The translations under genes were made by a program, and so were the position numbers. From the NCBI RefSeq assembly GCF_006345805.1, contig NW_021833431.1, positions 1-64,000 of the forward strand: DNA of 64,000 bases. The letters run 5' to 3'. Below, piece after piece: positions 51,561 through 64,000 of the stretch. Position 1 is the stretch's first letter. Each line of letters starts with the position of its first letter. The notes under the pieces are model-generated. The model was not told where the DNA came from. It saw only the letters and a list, made by a program, of their open reading frames with translations, and searched no databases. The stretch is from Octopus sinensis (Eukaryota).

Positions 51561-53095
51561 CACCATATCTTAAATACGCATTGGGTGCTGATGCTGGCAA
51601 TTAAAATGTTAGCTAAAATATACATGTACGACAAATTAAGAAATTCTGTTGAAAATGACACACATTTTTTACATTTAACACTATGTGTACAAGTATACAG
51701 TAGTAGATTTCTAGTTTTTATGAAATTATTTTCTAACCGTTAGATCTATATAATGATAGGCATCCAAGCCATGGCCTTACCGTCTTAGGTAAAATTAATT
51801 TGAGGAATGTTCAATCTAGATCTAGATTATCCCAAATATTTTACCATTTTAAAGAACGTGGAGCAGAATTTGAAGAATACCCGGCTACTATTTCGTGCAT
51901 CTCAAGTGATTTCATAATTCCTCGTTCACCTGGCGTAACGCTACAATAAAGCCCCGCCCCCGCCACCAATTTTAGTTCATGATCCTGTTTCGAATCTCAC
52001 ATGGAGAATCTATACGGTTCTTAAATGTCTTTCACGAGGAGACAGCTGTAGGTCGTGCTAGAAAGAGCAACCAATTTTCACTTAAAAAAAAACAACGGTG
52101 GTGCATCAGCATGGCCGCAGCTCTGAGCTGAAACTAGAGAGAAAAAAATATATATATATATATATACGTATATATGCACTCACATGCACAGCCTGAAATA
52201 CGATAGGGTGGTCACAGGTGGAAGCTTGTTAATCGTTAATCACATCGATTTGAGATTATCTGGGTTAAACAGCAAAAGCACAGCAGGTATGCTGCCCTCC
52301 AATTTACTCCTACACATCTTTTCCCCCTTCTTCCGCACCTCCTTCCTCTCCTTTCTCCCGTCTTCCCCACCCCAGGGTCGCTTTTACCTTATAGCATGAT
52401 TATTTTGGCTTTGTTTTGTGCCGAAACGAAACGAAACATATAATGTGTATAAGTGTGTGCAATGATTTCGATTTAATCTGTCGTATATAAGTGAAGGGAG
52501 TTGAAAATCCGCTATTTAGTACATATTTTGTAGTGTTATGGGAAAGAGCTGCCTTTTGAGGCGCTTAATAGAACAATCAAAGGAGATAACAGCTATAAAC
52601 TTCAACTAATACAATTGCTAATAAAATGATGATGAAAGTGATAGCGGATTTATTCTTTAAAAGCAAATGCATTTGGATAGATATGTAATAGAAGCCAAAT
52701 ACAGCATGTGTGGGTGTGAGCATGGCGGTTTTAATACTTATAAAGGCACAAACAGAATTCTGTTTCTTGCAGCTTTCACAAACACATACGTATCGATGTC
52801 TATGTGTGTGTGTGTATGTGTGTGAGTGTTTACGTATGTCTGTTTGTCAGTCAGTCTGTCTGTCTGTCTGTATGCGTGTATGTAGATAAGTGGGTGTGAA
52901 CGTATGGTAAGCGTAAGTCAAAATCTTTCTCCTTTCTGACACTCCATGACATTCTCACTATTTCTCTCTGCTTTGCTCCCTCTCGCTTGTTCTTTACTTT
53001 TTTTCTATATGCCCACGGGATTTCTGGTTGTTTATAAATTAAAATATGAGTGTGTGCGCTCGCATTTTCGAGTAGGACATCTGATCGAAATATAT

Positions 53096-53270
53096 CAGGC
53101 GCAGGAGTGGGTCTGTGGTAAGTAGCTTGCTAACCAACCACATGGTTGTGGGTTCAGTCCCACTACGTGGCACCTTGGGCAAGTGTCTTCTACTATAGCC
53201 TTGGGCTGACCAAAACCTTGGGAGTGGATTTGGTAGACGGAAACTGAAAGAAACCCATCGTATATATATG

Positions 53271-53301
<31 letters not shown>

Positions 53302-53518
53302 GAGTGTTTGTGTGTCTGTGTTTGTCCCCCTAGCATTGCTTGACAACCGATGCTGGTGTGTTTATGTCCCCGTTACTTAGCGGTTCGGCAAAAGAGACCG
53401 ATAGAATAAGTACTGGGATTACAAAAGAATAAGTCCAAGGGTCGAGTTGCTCGATTAAAGGTGGTGCTCCATCATGGCCGCAGTCAAATCACTGAAACAA
53501 GTAAAAGAGTAGAGAGTA
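53096..53518 (+). mobile_element. SINE family B, full length
   Basis: Consensus match. Confidence 0.92.
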
Positions 53519-53580
53519 TAAAAAAAAAATTAAATGTAATATGCATCGAGAGTACGATTTTCGATTGAGACTCTATGATT

Positions 53581-53685
53581 AGAACACGGCAGGACAGAAT
53601 TCCAAGGCGAATTCTTCAAAGTAAGATGATAGGCAGGAGACTTAGAGGTAAACCAATAATTCGGGGGTTGGGTAATATCAAGTCT
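53581..53685 (+). mobile_element. RTE-clade LINE C-terminal relic
   Basis: Translates RTRQDRIPRRILQSKMIGRRLRGKPIIRGLGNIK, resembling the RTE ..LP+.IL.G...GRR.RGRP..RW.DNI motif. Confidence 0.6.
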
Positions 53686-54267
53686 TACGCGCTTGGGATT
53701 CGAACCGGAAATTTTTATAACGGTTGCTTATGATAGGACCTGAAAAAAAGGTGTCTGAATATTCAACACCCCTGATCTCCTGAAGGATATTGCGCGAAAG
53801 AGATGGATGGATGAAATGATAGCAGGACATGCATTAAAGCCACAAAACCCAATATCCACTTACTCTTTGATCTCTGAGCAATAATGCTGTATGATTAAAT
53901 TTTAACGCATAAAATTTTTCCGTCTTCAGGGAACGTCAAAAGATTGGTCCAAATTTCTCGAATAATTTTCAATCATATCCCTCAATATTCGATCATATCC
54001 CTCAAAATCAATATGAGATTTTGAATCGTTCATGATTTTTTTTCCTAAACCTTGACTGCAAAATGAACCGATATAGTTATCAACAGAATTTGAGGCCACA
54101 GGATTCTTTTGATGCTTTCATTTTTTGGCTTTTTTTTTTATCTAAGCAGCCTTGACCTTTATAAGTCCTTTCCGTCGGTGCTAATAATGATACGGGTCAT
54201 ATCTTTAACTGGAACATTTGTAAATTGACCTCTGTCCTCCGCCTCCACCTATCACCGAATAAAATTA

Positions 54268-54670
54268 TTGGCGTAAGTATCGCTGTATGGTTAAGAAGTT
54301 TGTTCTACAAAAAGAGGGTTCTCGTTCTGTCTCTTCGCCTGGCCCCTTGCATGAGTTTCTTCCACTATTGCCCCGGGTTCCCCTAATACTTGGTGAGTGA
54401 ATTTTGTACGCGGAAAATGCGTGAAATCTCGTAGTACACACAAAAACATATTGTGTGTGTGTGTGTGTGGTGTGTAAGTGTTCGTCCCCACCACTGTCTG
54501 GCAACCGTTGTTGCTTTGTTTACGTCCTTGTATTTTAACGATTCATCAAAAGTGGCCGATAGACTGAGTACCAGACTTTAGAAAAATACTCAATGTTTTG
54601 TTCGATTAAATCCTTCAAGGTGGTGCTCCAGCATTGCCACAGTCAAATGACTGAAACAGCTAAAAAATGA
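54268..54670 (+). mobile_element. SINE family B, old diverged copy
   Basis: GGCGTAAG...GTATGGTTAAGAAG...GGTGGTGCTCCAGCATTGCCACAGTCAAATGACTGAAACA. Confidence 0.75.
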
Positions 54671-55235
54671 AGAGAATTACAGATAATTGGTAAGTTCGAC
54701 TAAAGAAGGTTGTGGAATGTAGTTAGAGCGGTGCTTTGGAATCAGAACACCATATAGATAACGATAAGAGCTAGAAAAGCGGAGACTAGTGGGCCAGGTG
54801 ATTTGCCACTGGTTTATGCTAAACCCCCTTTTAATTGATGTTAATCTATAATCAACGTCTAATTAGTAGTGTTAATGCATCTTGACATCACTCGGAATTC
54901 TGTGAAATTCCTCAGCGAAAAACCAATTTTCCTCTTTGGCTTTCATGTTACTTAGTATGAAAATGAACCAGAATTTAGGTTTCACGTTACAGAATTCCGC
55001 GCCAGAGCAAAATTTGTCAGGAATGCAACGCTTCTGTAACATGGGATGCGCTTGTATTCATATCAGCAGAATGAAGCGGTTAAAGTTGTTGACGTCGTTG
55101 TTTTTGCAGCTGTATATATTTTTGCTGCTGAAGATTACGATGTTGATGTTGTTTGGCTCTGCATCGGATCCGGACGAACAGTAAAGGACTATGAACTACA
55201 ACAAACTATAAAGTATTGTGGTATACTGGAGATTA

Positions 55236-55467
55236 AGGCGGCGACCTGGCAGAAACGTTAGCACGCCGGGCGAAATGCTTAGCGGTATTTCGTCTGCCGC
55301 TACGTTCTGAGTTCAAATTCCGCCGAGGTCGACTTTGCCTTTCATCTTTTCTGGGTCGATTAAATATGTACCAGTTACACACGGGGGTCGATGTAATCGA
55401 TTTAATCCGTTTGTCTGTCCCTGTTTGTCCTCTTTGTGTTTAGCCCTTTGTGGGTAGTAAAGAAATA
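55236..55467 (+). mobile_element. SINE family A, full length with 16-bp TSD (one mismatch)
   Basis: GGTATACTGGAGATTA at 55220-55235 and GGTATATTGGAGATTA at 55468-55483. Confidence 0.92.
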
Positions 55468-55744
55468 GGTATATTGGAGATTACATTGTAAGACAGTAAG
55501 ATATGATTTGATTTGAATATGATTTTAGCTGCTGTTTCTGAAATATGTTGTTTAACCCCAGGTCAGCTCTGGTTTCATTGACACATGGTCAATCGTGTTC
55601 CACGTACGATCACCACAACGATCATGCGTAAATTTTTAAATTCGAAACGTTACAGAAATGTGTTTGTGTGTGTGTACGTGCACACACACACGCAAACATC
55701 TACCCAGCCAGTCAATCATTCTCTCTGCCCACCACTATTTCTTA

Positions 55745-56090
55745 GAGGGTTGTATGGGTTATATCCTCAAGAACCTCCTCAATTTGGTGTTCTCAGGAGC
55801 AACCGTTATTACACTTTTCGGCTGGAATCCTCGGGAGTTACCGAGATTATAGATATTATCCTGCCATTTCGTTCTTTGTCTGACGCTAGGTCCCCTGCCA
55901 GTTGTCTTGGCTTAAGGGACCCATCTTGTATTTATTTCCTTCGACATTCCAATCACGTGTCCGTAGAAGAGGCCCTTTGACCTTTTAATGAAGAGGCTAG
56001 ATCTGGAGAGAATTCCTGATCTCGGAGCTATGCGACCTGTTGAGTATCGTTGCATGAGCGATCCCTCGGTGGAACTCCAGTCGGCCCTTT
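55745..56090 (-). mobile_element. RTE-clade LINE 3' relic
   Basis: Minus strand with stops and frameshifts: ATILNRSHSSEIRNSL...LFYGHVIGM...TTGRGPSVRQRTKWQDNIYNLG...FQPKSVITVAPE, matching the RTE C-terminal WFGHV.RM...TG.RP.GR.RTRW.D.I motif. Confidence 0.7.
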
Positions 56091-56139
56091 TTATTTACAT
56101 ATCATCGATTAAATTAATTTTGTAGTTGTTAGCCTAGAC

Positions 56140-56349
56140 CAGTGATTTTCAACCTGGGTTCCACGGAACCTTAGGGTTCCACCAGTACAGTCCAGGGGTT
56201 CCACAAAATCTGCTAAAATCGGCAGTAATTTTTAATTCTCCTGTGCAGATATATGTGCATAAGACTATTAAATTATTGCACAGGGGTTCCTCGAGCCAGT
56301 GGAATGTTTCCTCGGGGTTCCGCTCCAGCAAAAAGGTTGAAAAGCACTG
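56140..56349. mobile_element. hAT/Charlie-type MITE, 210 bp
   Basis: TIRs CAGTGATTTTCAACC / GGTTGAAAAGCACTG (14 of 15 match); 8-bp flanks GCCTAGAC / GACTAGAC resembling the Charlie NTCTAGAN target; internal GGGTTCC repeats. Confidence 0.88.
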
Positions 56350-57211
56350 GACTAGACAAATGATCAACGTCGACCATCTCGTTCTTTTCGCTTACACGAT
56401 GTCCATAAGACTACATTATGTAATGCACCATCCGACTACTTTTAAGACGAATTCTGGTAAAACTGACTGCTATTTCCAAAAGAGCAAATAACCGTCTATA
56501 GGTGCCTTCCTTGGTGCGATTTACTTAATTTTGTTATTTATGATGAAGAAATATTTTGTGGTATTTCGTTGGGTCCCAGGCATGCTGGGTTCTAATCCTT
56601 TCCATGTCGAGTTTGTCTTTTCTCTTTCGTGGTCAGTAATAGCATGCACCAGTTAATTAGAGGTCGATATTGTTCAGCGCTTTCCTTCCTCCAAAATATC
56701 TGTCTCTGCTTGACTGTCTATGGCTAGGTGTTGGCATGACTCTTATTCTCTCCTCCCCCCTCTCATCCTTAATCTCCTTCCCTCTTTCACTCTCAACCTC
56801 TGTCCATTCCTCTCTCCTCCTCTCTCGCTATCTCTATCTCTATCCTTTCAAATTTTGGGTGGCTGTGGATAGCTCGCTATATGCCAGTAAATACGCTTAG
56901 CTCCCTTTCTGTGCCTGTGTGGGCGAGCGAGCGAGCGTGTTCCAGCGTGCATTGGCCATATACGTGTACGCATTGATGTGTGTATATATGTGCCTTACTA
57001 ACGCTGTGCCTGTCTGTATGTGCGTGTGTGCAAGTGTGCATGCGTGTGCTCGAGTACTTGTAAGTTTGTCTGTCTGTCTGTTACTCATTATGATTTCAAA
57101 CTCTACACGCGGTGGACAGGTAAACTTCATATTAAAATACAGAGGAAGAAAAGCGCAAATATTTCCGTTTAATGTATTTATTTTATGTTTTATCTTTACT
57201 TGTATGATTCA

Positions 57212-57571
57212 TCAGACTGTGGCCATGCTGGGGCTCCGCCTGGAAGGTCTCTAGTGTAATATATCGAACCCCGTACCTATTTTAAATCCTGGTTCCTATT
57301 CTATCGGATACTTATGCCGTACCGCAATATCACAGGGATGAAAACAAACCAACAACGGTTAACAATAGGTGGTGGGGACCAAAACACACACACATATATA
57401 TAATATGTATGGCCATCTTCTTTCAGTTTCCAACTACTAAATCCAGCCACAAAGATTTGGTCGGCCCGTGGCTCTAGCAGAAACACGTAGCTAAGATGCC
57501 ACGCAGTGAGTGCGAACCCGGAATCTATTAGTTGGGAATCAAATTTCTAACCACACAGCCACACCTGCGTC
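57212..57571 (-). mobile_element. SINE family B, diverged
   Basis: GACTGTGGCCATGCTGGGGCTCCGCC...TTTCAGTTTCC...GGTCGGCCCG...ACCACACAGCCACACCTGCG. Confidence 0.8.
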
Positions 57572-57795
57572 TATATGTGTTTCTTTTATACAATTGACTA
57601 TATTTCATCCCCTCCTATTGTAATAGTGAAATATAGGAGTATATTACTTGATATGCATACGCTATAGTTTAATACTGATCCTTTATGTATTGATGCAATG
57701 TAGATGTGCATATCTGACTTCGTTAGTATACGTGTGTAACGAAAAGCAATAATGTGCGCGCACGTTAGCATATATATATATATATATACACACTT

Positions 57796-58101
57796 GTGGA
57801 GGTACATGGCCTCGTGTTTAGAGCAGCGGACTCGCGGTTGAGAAATAGCGGGCTCGAATCTGAGACCGGGCGATGTGTGTGTTTATGAGCGAAATACCTA
57901 AGCTCCACCCGACTCCGGCAGAGGGTAATGGCGAACCTCTGCTGACTCTTTCGCTACAACTTTGTCTCACTCTTTCCTCCTGCATCTTGTAATTCCACCT
58001 GCAACGGACCGGTGTCCCGTCCAGGTGGGGAATCTATACGCCAAGGAAACCAGGAAACCGTCCCTTATGAGGCAGGCGTAGCTCGAGAAGGAACAAATAA
58101 C
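57796..58101 (+). mobile_element. SINE family C variant C1
   Basis: Homologous to the reverse complement of 26634-26942. Confidence 0.88.
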
Positions 58102-58627
58102 ATATATGTACTTGTGTGAATGTTATGAAATCTCTCTACTTCTTTGTGACGGTAAGCTCTTGTTATGTTCAGGTGTATGTGTAAGTGAATTTGGCGTTCG
58201 TGACAGTCACAGTACGTGTTAAAAATAGCTATATAATCTTTCTCAAAGTACATCCTAGCTTCTTTAAAATTGACTGGGACAGTTGTTAATTTAATCTTAG
58301 ATGCACTACGGTCACAAAAAAAAAAAAAAGGAATGTTATTGGTTAATAAATCTCGATTATTCTATTCTTGAATGCCTCAGCTCATAGTTTTATAAGCTGT
58401 GAACGACTTGTGGCTTACTACACAAGCAAAACAACAGCAGCAGTAGCAACGGAGAGACGTACTTCGGCTGGAGGGCAGGCTAGACGAGACAGGATTTTGA
58501 CATAGATCGAAAGAGTTCAATAATAATAGTTCAATGAATAACTCGAAGCATTTTGTTCGGCACTTCACTGATTCCGACATCAATCACGCTTGATGCTGAT
58601 AATGATGAAGATGATCATGCTATTGTT

Positions 58628-59092
58628 TCTTCTTCTTCTTCTTTCAAGCAGGACTCACGTCATTAGCCATAAAGAATAATCCTGTAATTCGAGCCTACTC
58701 TAAGGTACTAAAAATGCGTGTGGCAACTTGACGATCCACCCACCACACGCGACAGACTGGCGGTTGTTGCACGGGCGCTATGGCTACGTTGTTATCCTCA
58801 TTTCGTAAACGGTGGCTTTTAACGGGTGGAGAGCTAAATCATCCTGGGGTACAGAGGATTCGTAATCTAGACTAGGGTTTACACCATGGTTCCTCTGCTT
58901 TGTGGCAGAAGTAGGAAGAAAGAGTGAGAGAAAGTTGTGGTGAAAGATTATAGCGGGGTTCAACACCACGCCGGAGCATCGTGGAGCTTAGGTGTTTTTG
59001 ATTAATAAACACAATGCCCGGTCTGGGAATCGAAACCGCGTTCTTACGACCGCGAGTCCGCTGCCCTACCCACTGGGCCATTGCACCTCCAC
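58628..59092 (-). mobile_element. SINE family C variant C2, full length
   Basis: Head GTGGAGGTGCAATGGCCCAGTGGGTAGGGCAGCGGACTCGCGGTC; tail (GAA)n at 58628. Confidence 0.88.
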
Positions 59093-59199
59093 TCATGCTG
59101 TTGCAGTTTCTGATGATGGTGATTCCCACTCAAGGCATAGGAGTAGTATTTTTAAGATTAGGGGGCTGGTCTTTTACATCGGCTCCCTAAATTCAACTT

Positions 59200-59986
59200 G
59201 TGTGTATTTGATCGATCACGAAAATATGAAAGGCAAAATGTGATAGCGACGATATTTGATCTCTGAATGTAATGAATAGAAAAAAAAAATACTAATTATT
59301 TTGTCCGATGTGCAAAGGATTCTCCCACCTCGCCACCTTAATGATTTTTTTCTATCTTTGCCACAAGCCCAGCAATTTTTAGGGAGGGAGACAAATGAAT
59401 TAATCCAATTTCTGTACTTGATGGGTACTTTATATTGTCGATGACGAAAATATGTAAGGCAAGTTAAACTCAGCGCGATTTGATCTCAGAATGTAAGAAT
59501 TAGAAATATAAGCAGCAAGACACGCAAAAGCGAGAACCATCCTGCTTGCTCACCGACGTTGCTTCTTATATTGACATAAGGACAGTAATTCTGAGGAGAC
59601 GAGTTTGTTGATATCATCGATCTCCCCCACCACTTGACTGGAATTTAATTTTATAATGACGGGAAGAATAAGATATAACTGTAACCTTAGCTTAATTCGA
59701 ACCCAGAATGCAAAGTTTCGTAACCGAAAGTGGCAAAATACATTTTTCAGTTTTATCAATTCTACGAATCCACTTTTATTTGCGTCAAGGACTGCTTATC
59801 TGCAAATGACAGTCAATATTACCATTGTGAATGGCACTTCGTCTACATTCTGAGTTCGAATTTCGTCAGCTTTACCTGTCATCATTTTGCGGTCGATAAT
59901 ATGAGTAGCAACTGAGTACTGGGGTGGATCTAATCGAATTATGCCACCCTTCAACTTGTTGGCCTTGTGCCACAAATTTTAGACCA

Positions 59987-59995
<9 letters not shown>
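59200..59995. mobile_element. Cluster of old SINE-A relics in both orientations
   Basis: Diverged ATGAAAGGCAAA / TTTGATCTCAGAATG and TTCTGAGTTCGAAT...GTCGATAA...GGCCTTGTGCCA..(ATT)n motifs. Confidence 0.6.
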
Positions 59996-60036
<41 letters not shown>

Positions 60037-60299
60037 TTAAGATATTGATAAAGATGTCAATGATTATAATTAGGCATCCTTGGAGGAATAAATATATTTT
60101 AGCCAGCTGTGTATCATATTTTATGTACGTATATCGTAAAAGACAAATTAACTGCGGTATTCTTCTGGGCATAGTAATCCTTATGGACGCACTGTGTTGA
60201 AAATCAAAAAAAAGCCTCTATCAGCAGCTAACGAAGATCGTCCGGCAGCGTGGTGAGCACGCAAGATGCATATTTCTGCATTTGTGAGCTTTTATAGTG

Positions 60300-62560
60300 G
60301 TACGTACTAAGTGCAAGGCGCATACTAAGAAGAAATCAGTCGCTACTGATATAGGAAGACAGTGACTGAAAATTCAGATGCAATTAGCTGTCCGGTTGAA
60401 TAAAAATTCGATATATGCAATAGGTCTTAATCAGTTTTGTATATGACAATGAAATCTGAAACAGAAAATTTGTGAATACAAAACAGCAAAATAGGAATGT
60501 AGATTGACCAATAAAATTTGAATTAGTGTAGCAAAATCTGCATGGATTAACGGAAGCTGCAGGAAGAAGTCAAAGAGCAGCTTAAGAAAATCGTATCAAG
60601 TGGTTAAAGTTCTAACCAAATAATGCGAATCTAAACGTCAAGTTAAGATGGGATCATACTAACAAAATGAAACGGAGAGTCTTTGATTGATTCAGGGAAT
60701 ATTCTGAGAAAGGTTATATCCACAAAATGGAAATAATTAGGTGTTAAAATAATTGACAAAAATATTCCCGTTAATACATATTTGAGGAGGAGAAAACATT
60801 TAAGGGGTTATAAAAGCAATTATGAAACTATGAATTAATAAATTAGCTAGAAGAGATAAGATAATGGTAAAACTGTAAAGTAGGAAGGTGTATATGTCAC
60901 CGAGGTTTAGTTTGATGTTTGTAATAGCATTTTTCGGAATAAGGAATAGTTCAGTGAATGGAGAGAAATAATTGCTGTATCCCTGCCAAAGAAGGGATAT
61001 AGTGTAATATGTGGAAACATCTGTAGAAGTAGATTATTTATCCGGCCAAATGAGATTCTGCTATGTGTTTTAATATTCTTGGATGAAATCAAAAGTTAAG
61101 ATGGAGCATAGTTGAGCACACTGCTTTCCAAGAAAACAGAAGCACTTTTGAACAATTTTGTAAAATAGATATTCTACTACACGCACACTAGAAAATATTA
61201 CTTGGAATTCTAGTTAAACTTTAAACGCACCTATAAAAACCTTTTGACGATGAGAGGTTCGGTTCATCATGATTTGATGAAGCAAAACAAAATATCAATC
61301 TACAAACACTAAATGTTATGAAGCAGTTTTAGAAACCTGGTATTTGATTGCAAGTAACAGTTTTAAATTAGCAGCTTTAGTCAAGATTGTGTTGTGTAGC
61401 AACCATCTTTCCTTCCTTGCGATTGAAGAATATATAATGACGGAAAAAGCGGGTCATTGAACGGTCATTTATGTGCGTAGTAGAGAAGGCATTAACATCC
61501 ATCTAACTCAAGATGTTAATAGGAGCTGGCAGAATCGTTACCGCTCTGGACAAAATGCTTCGTGGCATTTCTTCCGGTTTTACATTATAAGTTCCAATGC
61601 TGCCGAGGTCAGTTTTGCTTTCATCATTTCGGGATCAATAAATAAAGTAGCAGTTGGGCACCGTGGTCGATGTAATCGACTTCACTATCCCCTGAAATTT
61701 GCGCTGGCCTTGTGCTAAAATTGGAAATAAATTAATTGGATAACTCCAATAATTAAAAACACGTCTTGATAGAATTGCAAAAGGAGAGGGAATAGAAATA
61801 AATGATTTAAAAATGAATAAAATTATGACAACTGGTAAAAAAAAAACAATGAAAGAAGGAAAATATTCAATCGTGCTAAAGTAATAATGAAGATACTTCA
61901 ACAAGTTGATGAATTTTAACATTTTGGAACGGTAAAAAACAGAAGGAAATAAAATAATAATAATAAAAAGAAATAATAATATTAGGAGATATTAGATCGA
62001 GGAGAGAATTAAAATGTCGAATAGCAGCAGATATGGCGATTTTAGCCAAATTAGACCCTGCTTGATAAACAGGAAAAATAATACAATGATAATGATAATA
62101 AAATTTCTGGTTCTTTTTGGGTTTTTTTTCAAGAGTATTGCTAATTTCAACTGCACTTTATGAGTGCGAATTATGGACATTAGATTCTGAAACGACAGAA
62201 AAAGACTATAGAGCTTCAAATGAAATGCTTGCTTCAAATTCCATATACAGAACATCAAACTAACGAGTGTTTATAAATAATTTGTTGGGAAAAAATGCAG
62301 AGCACGAAACTCTTCTGCCAATTGTTAAAAAAAGCTGGAAAATAAATTGGTTTGGTTATATGACATGACACCACAACGCCCCATTTCTATTGAATATGGT
62401 CAGGCACGGACACACTTCTGGTAAAAAAAAAAGAGAGGTGTAGGGGGGCACTACGATGTGCTTGGTTGAACGACATCAAGGAATGGACATTGAGGAAGAT
62501 GAGGATGCTGCTAGCAGCAAAACATAATATGGTTGGGTGAAGATAGGGAAACTAGGAGCG
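60300..62560 (+). mobile_element. Heavily decayed RTE-clade LINE ORF2 (RT and C-terminus), interrupted by a SINE and AT-rich sequence
   Basis: Collinear remnants: EWREIIAVSLPKKG (about 60957), EHTAFQENRSTFEQF (about 61115), RVLLISTALYECELWTL (about 62133), LQIPYTEHQTNE (about 62234), KINWFGYMT (about 62340), WLNDIKEWT (about 62464). Confidence 0.8.
61500..61735 (+). mobile_element. SINE family A (tail type 2) inserted in the RTE relic
   Basis: GAGCTGGCAGAATCGTTA...GAGGTCAG.TTTGCTTTTCATC...GGTCGATGTAATCGAC...GGCCTTGTGC. Confidence 0.8.
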
Positions 62561-63286
62561 TGTGAATAGGTTGCGTCTGTGCTTGTGCACTAACAGTCTC
62601 TCCATTGGCTATGAATTTTGATTGATCGAATGATTATAATAAACACTACAACGATAATAATAACAACAACAACAACATCAGTAATAATAATAATAATAAC
62701 GAATTATAGTTTTGCCTCAAAGGCAACACAAATACAAAGTATTTAAATATTTGGCGAGGAAAAATATTTGAAACACTTGTATAAATCAACATCGACTTCA
62801 ATATTCTACTCACTACTGCTACTACTATTACTACTACTACTAGCAGTAGTAGCAGTAGTGGTAGTAGTAACAGCAGCAGCTGTTGCAAAGTCAAAGGTCT
62901 ACTTCGAAGTAAACCATAAAAAGTATTTGCACAAAATCTTAAAGGGCAAAGAATAAGAAGCCGAGAGGGTGCAAATTTAAGAGAGAACAAAATCAGACGC
63001 CAAGTATGTTATTAAATTAATTATATCTAAGATAAATTAGAAAAATTTACGCGCACGAAAACACACATACACACACATACACACATACATATGCATACGT
63101 ACATACATACACACATGTATACAATATATATTATTATTATATCATACAATATATGTATATAAAATGTGTGTATGCTTGTATATCTACACGCTTTAATCTG
63201 AATGGCAAGTGCCTGATCTACACATAAATATATACATGTATGCTTGTATCTCTCTTTTTTTCCTCCCTCTCTCTCTTTTCTCTCTG

Positions 63287-63358
<72 letters not shown>

Positions 63359-63360
<2 letters not shown>

Positions 63361-63567
63361 TCTTTACTCTTTTACTTGTTTCAGTCATTTGACTGCGGCC
63401 ATGCTGGAGCACCACCTTTAATCGATCAACTCACCCCGGGACTTATTCTTTTGTAAGCCCAGTACTTATTCTGTCGGTCTCTTTTGCCGAATTGCTAAGT
63501 GACGGGGACATTAACACACCAGCATCGGTTGTCAAGCAATGCTAGGGAGGCAAACACAGACACACAA

Positions 63568-63598
<31 letters not shown>

Positions 63599-63740
63599 CG
63601 ACGGGCTTCTTTCAGTTTCCGTCTACCAAATCCACTCACAAATAGCCCGAGGCTATAGCAGAAGACACTTGCAGAAGACTGAACCCGGAACCATGTGGTT
63701 GGTTAGCAAGCTACTTTACCACACAGCCACTCCTGCGCCT
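63359..63740 (-). mobile_element. SINE family B with short internal deletions
   Basis: Reverse-strand consensus match. Confidence 0.9.
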
Positions 63741-63744
63741 ATAT

Positions 63745-63930
63745 ATATATATATAAATATATATATATATATGTTAATAAAATAGAATATATGCATATAT
63801 ATAAACATATATGTACGTACCTACCTCTACATGTACATATACACGCATATATGAGTACAGGACACCAAAAGGACGTCGAACACAAAGAGAGACGGAACAC
63901 ATAGACACAAACCAAGGAACAAGACATATA
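63745..63930. mobile_element. (TA)n-embedded repeat family G (copy 3, inverted, partial)
   Basis: GAGTACAGGACACCAAAAGGACGTCGAACACAA...CATAGACACAAACCAAGGAAC is the reverse complement of the family G core. Confidence 0.75.
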
Positions 63931-64000
63931 TATATATGTGTGTGTGTGTGTATGTGTGTGTGCGTAAAGCATTTCTAGTTGCTAATGGAAAGTTATCGTG

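Larger units (their letters stand above)
41988..64000 (+). other. Inferred first coding intron of the iGluR gene (more than 22 kb, 3' end outside the window)
   Basis: No AG followed by a phase-1 G(A/L/I)(I/L)F-type ATD exon was found by eye in the remainder of the window. Confidence 0.55.

Noticed and set aside
52222-52288. Phase-1 open segment GGSLLIVNHIDLRLSGLNSKSTAG ending CAG|GTATGC
   Set aside because: Weak acceptor without a pyrimidine tract and no resemblance to an iGluR ATD.
852-63972. Numerous YIYI/HTHT/LSIY/poly-amino-acid ORFs in the six-frame track
   Set aside because: Direct translations of di-, tri- and tetranucleotide microsatellites or of SINE bodies.

Overview
AT-rich, microsatellite- and SINE-saturated eukaryotic DNA. 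The recurrent SINE consensus sequences look like Octopus (coleoid cephalopod) genomic DNA; this is an inference from recalled repeat families, not a database match. Almost all ORFs in the supplied track are microsatellite or low-complexity artefacts. The only convincing host-gene coding sequence is a 109-nt first coding exon on the + strand (41879-41987, MDLVKGFQAVKKMWFCILLLVATSQSTKALPATIRV-G, GTAAGT donor). It encodes a signal peptide plus the LPxxIRIG-type start of a kainate-type ionotropic glutamate receptor, and no second exon was found in the remaining 22 kb. The rest of the window is at least five SINE-like families (with target-site duplications, nested insertions, head-to-tail arrays and inverted pairs), CR1/L2- and RTE-clade LINE relics, a hAT MITE, a Helentron-associated (HINE/DINE-1-like) element, a foldback element and an approximately 815-bp tandem duplication. 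The most striking unexplained structure is a type I hammerhead ribozyme with an intact catalytic core on the minus strand (11211-11305), embedded in a (TA)n-flanked Penelope-like remnant. Two further minimal hammerhead-like motifs carry a variant core. There is also an antisense exon-like cassette in intron 1 whose 3' splice site lies in an 11-bp hairpin.
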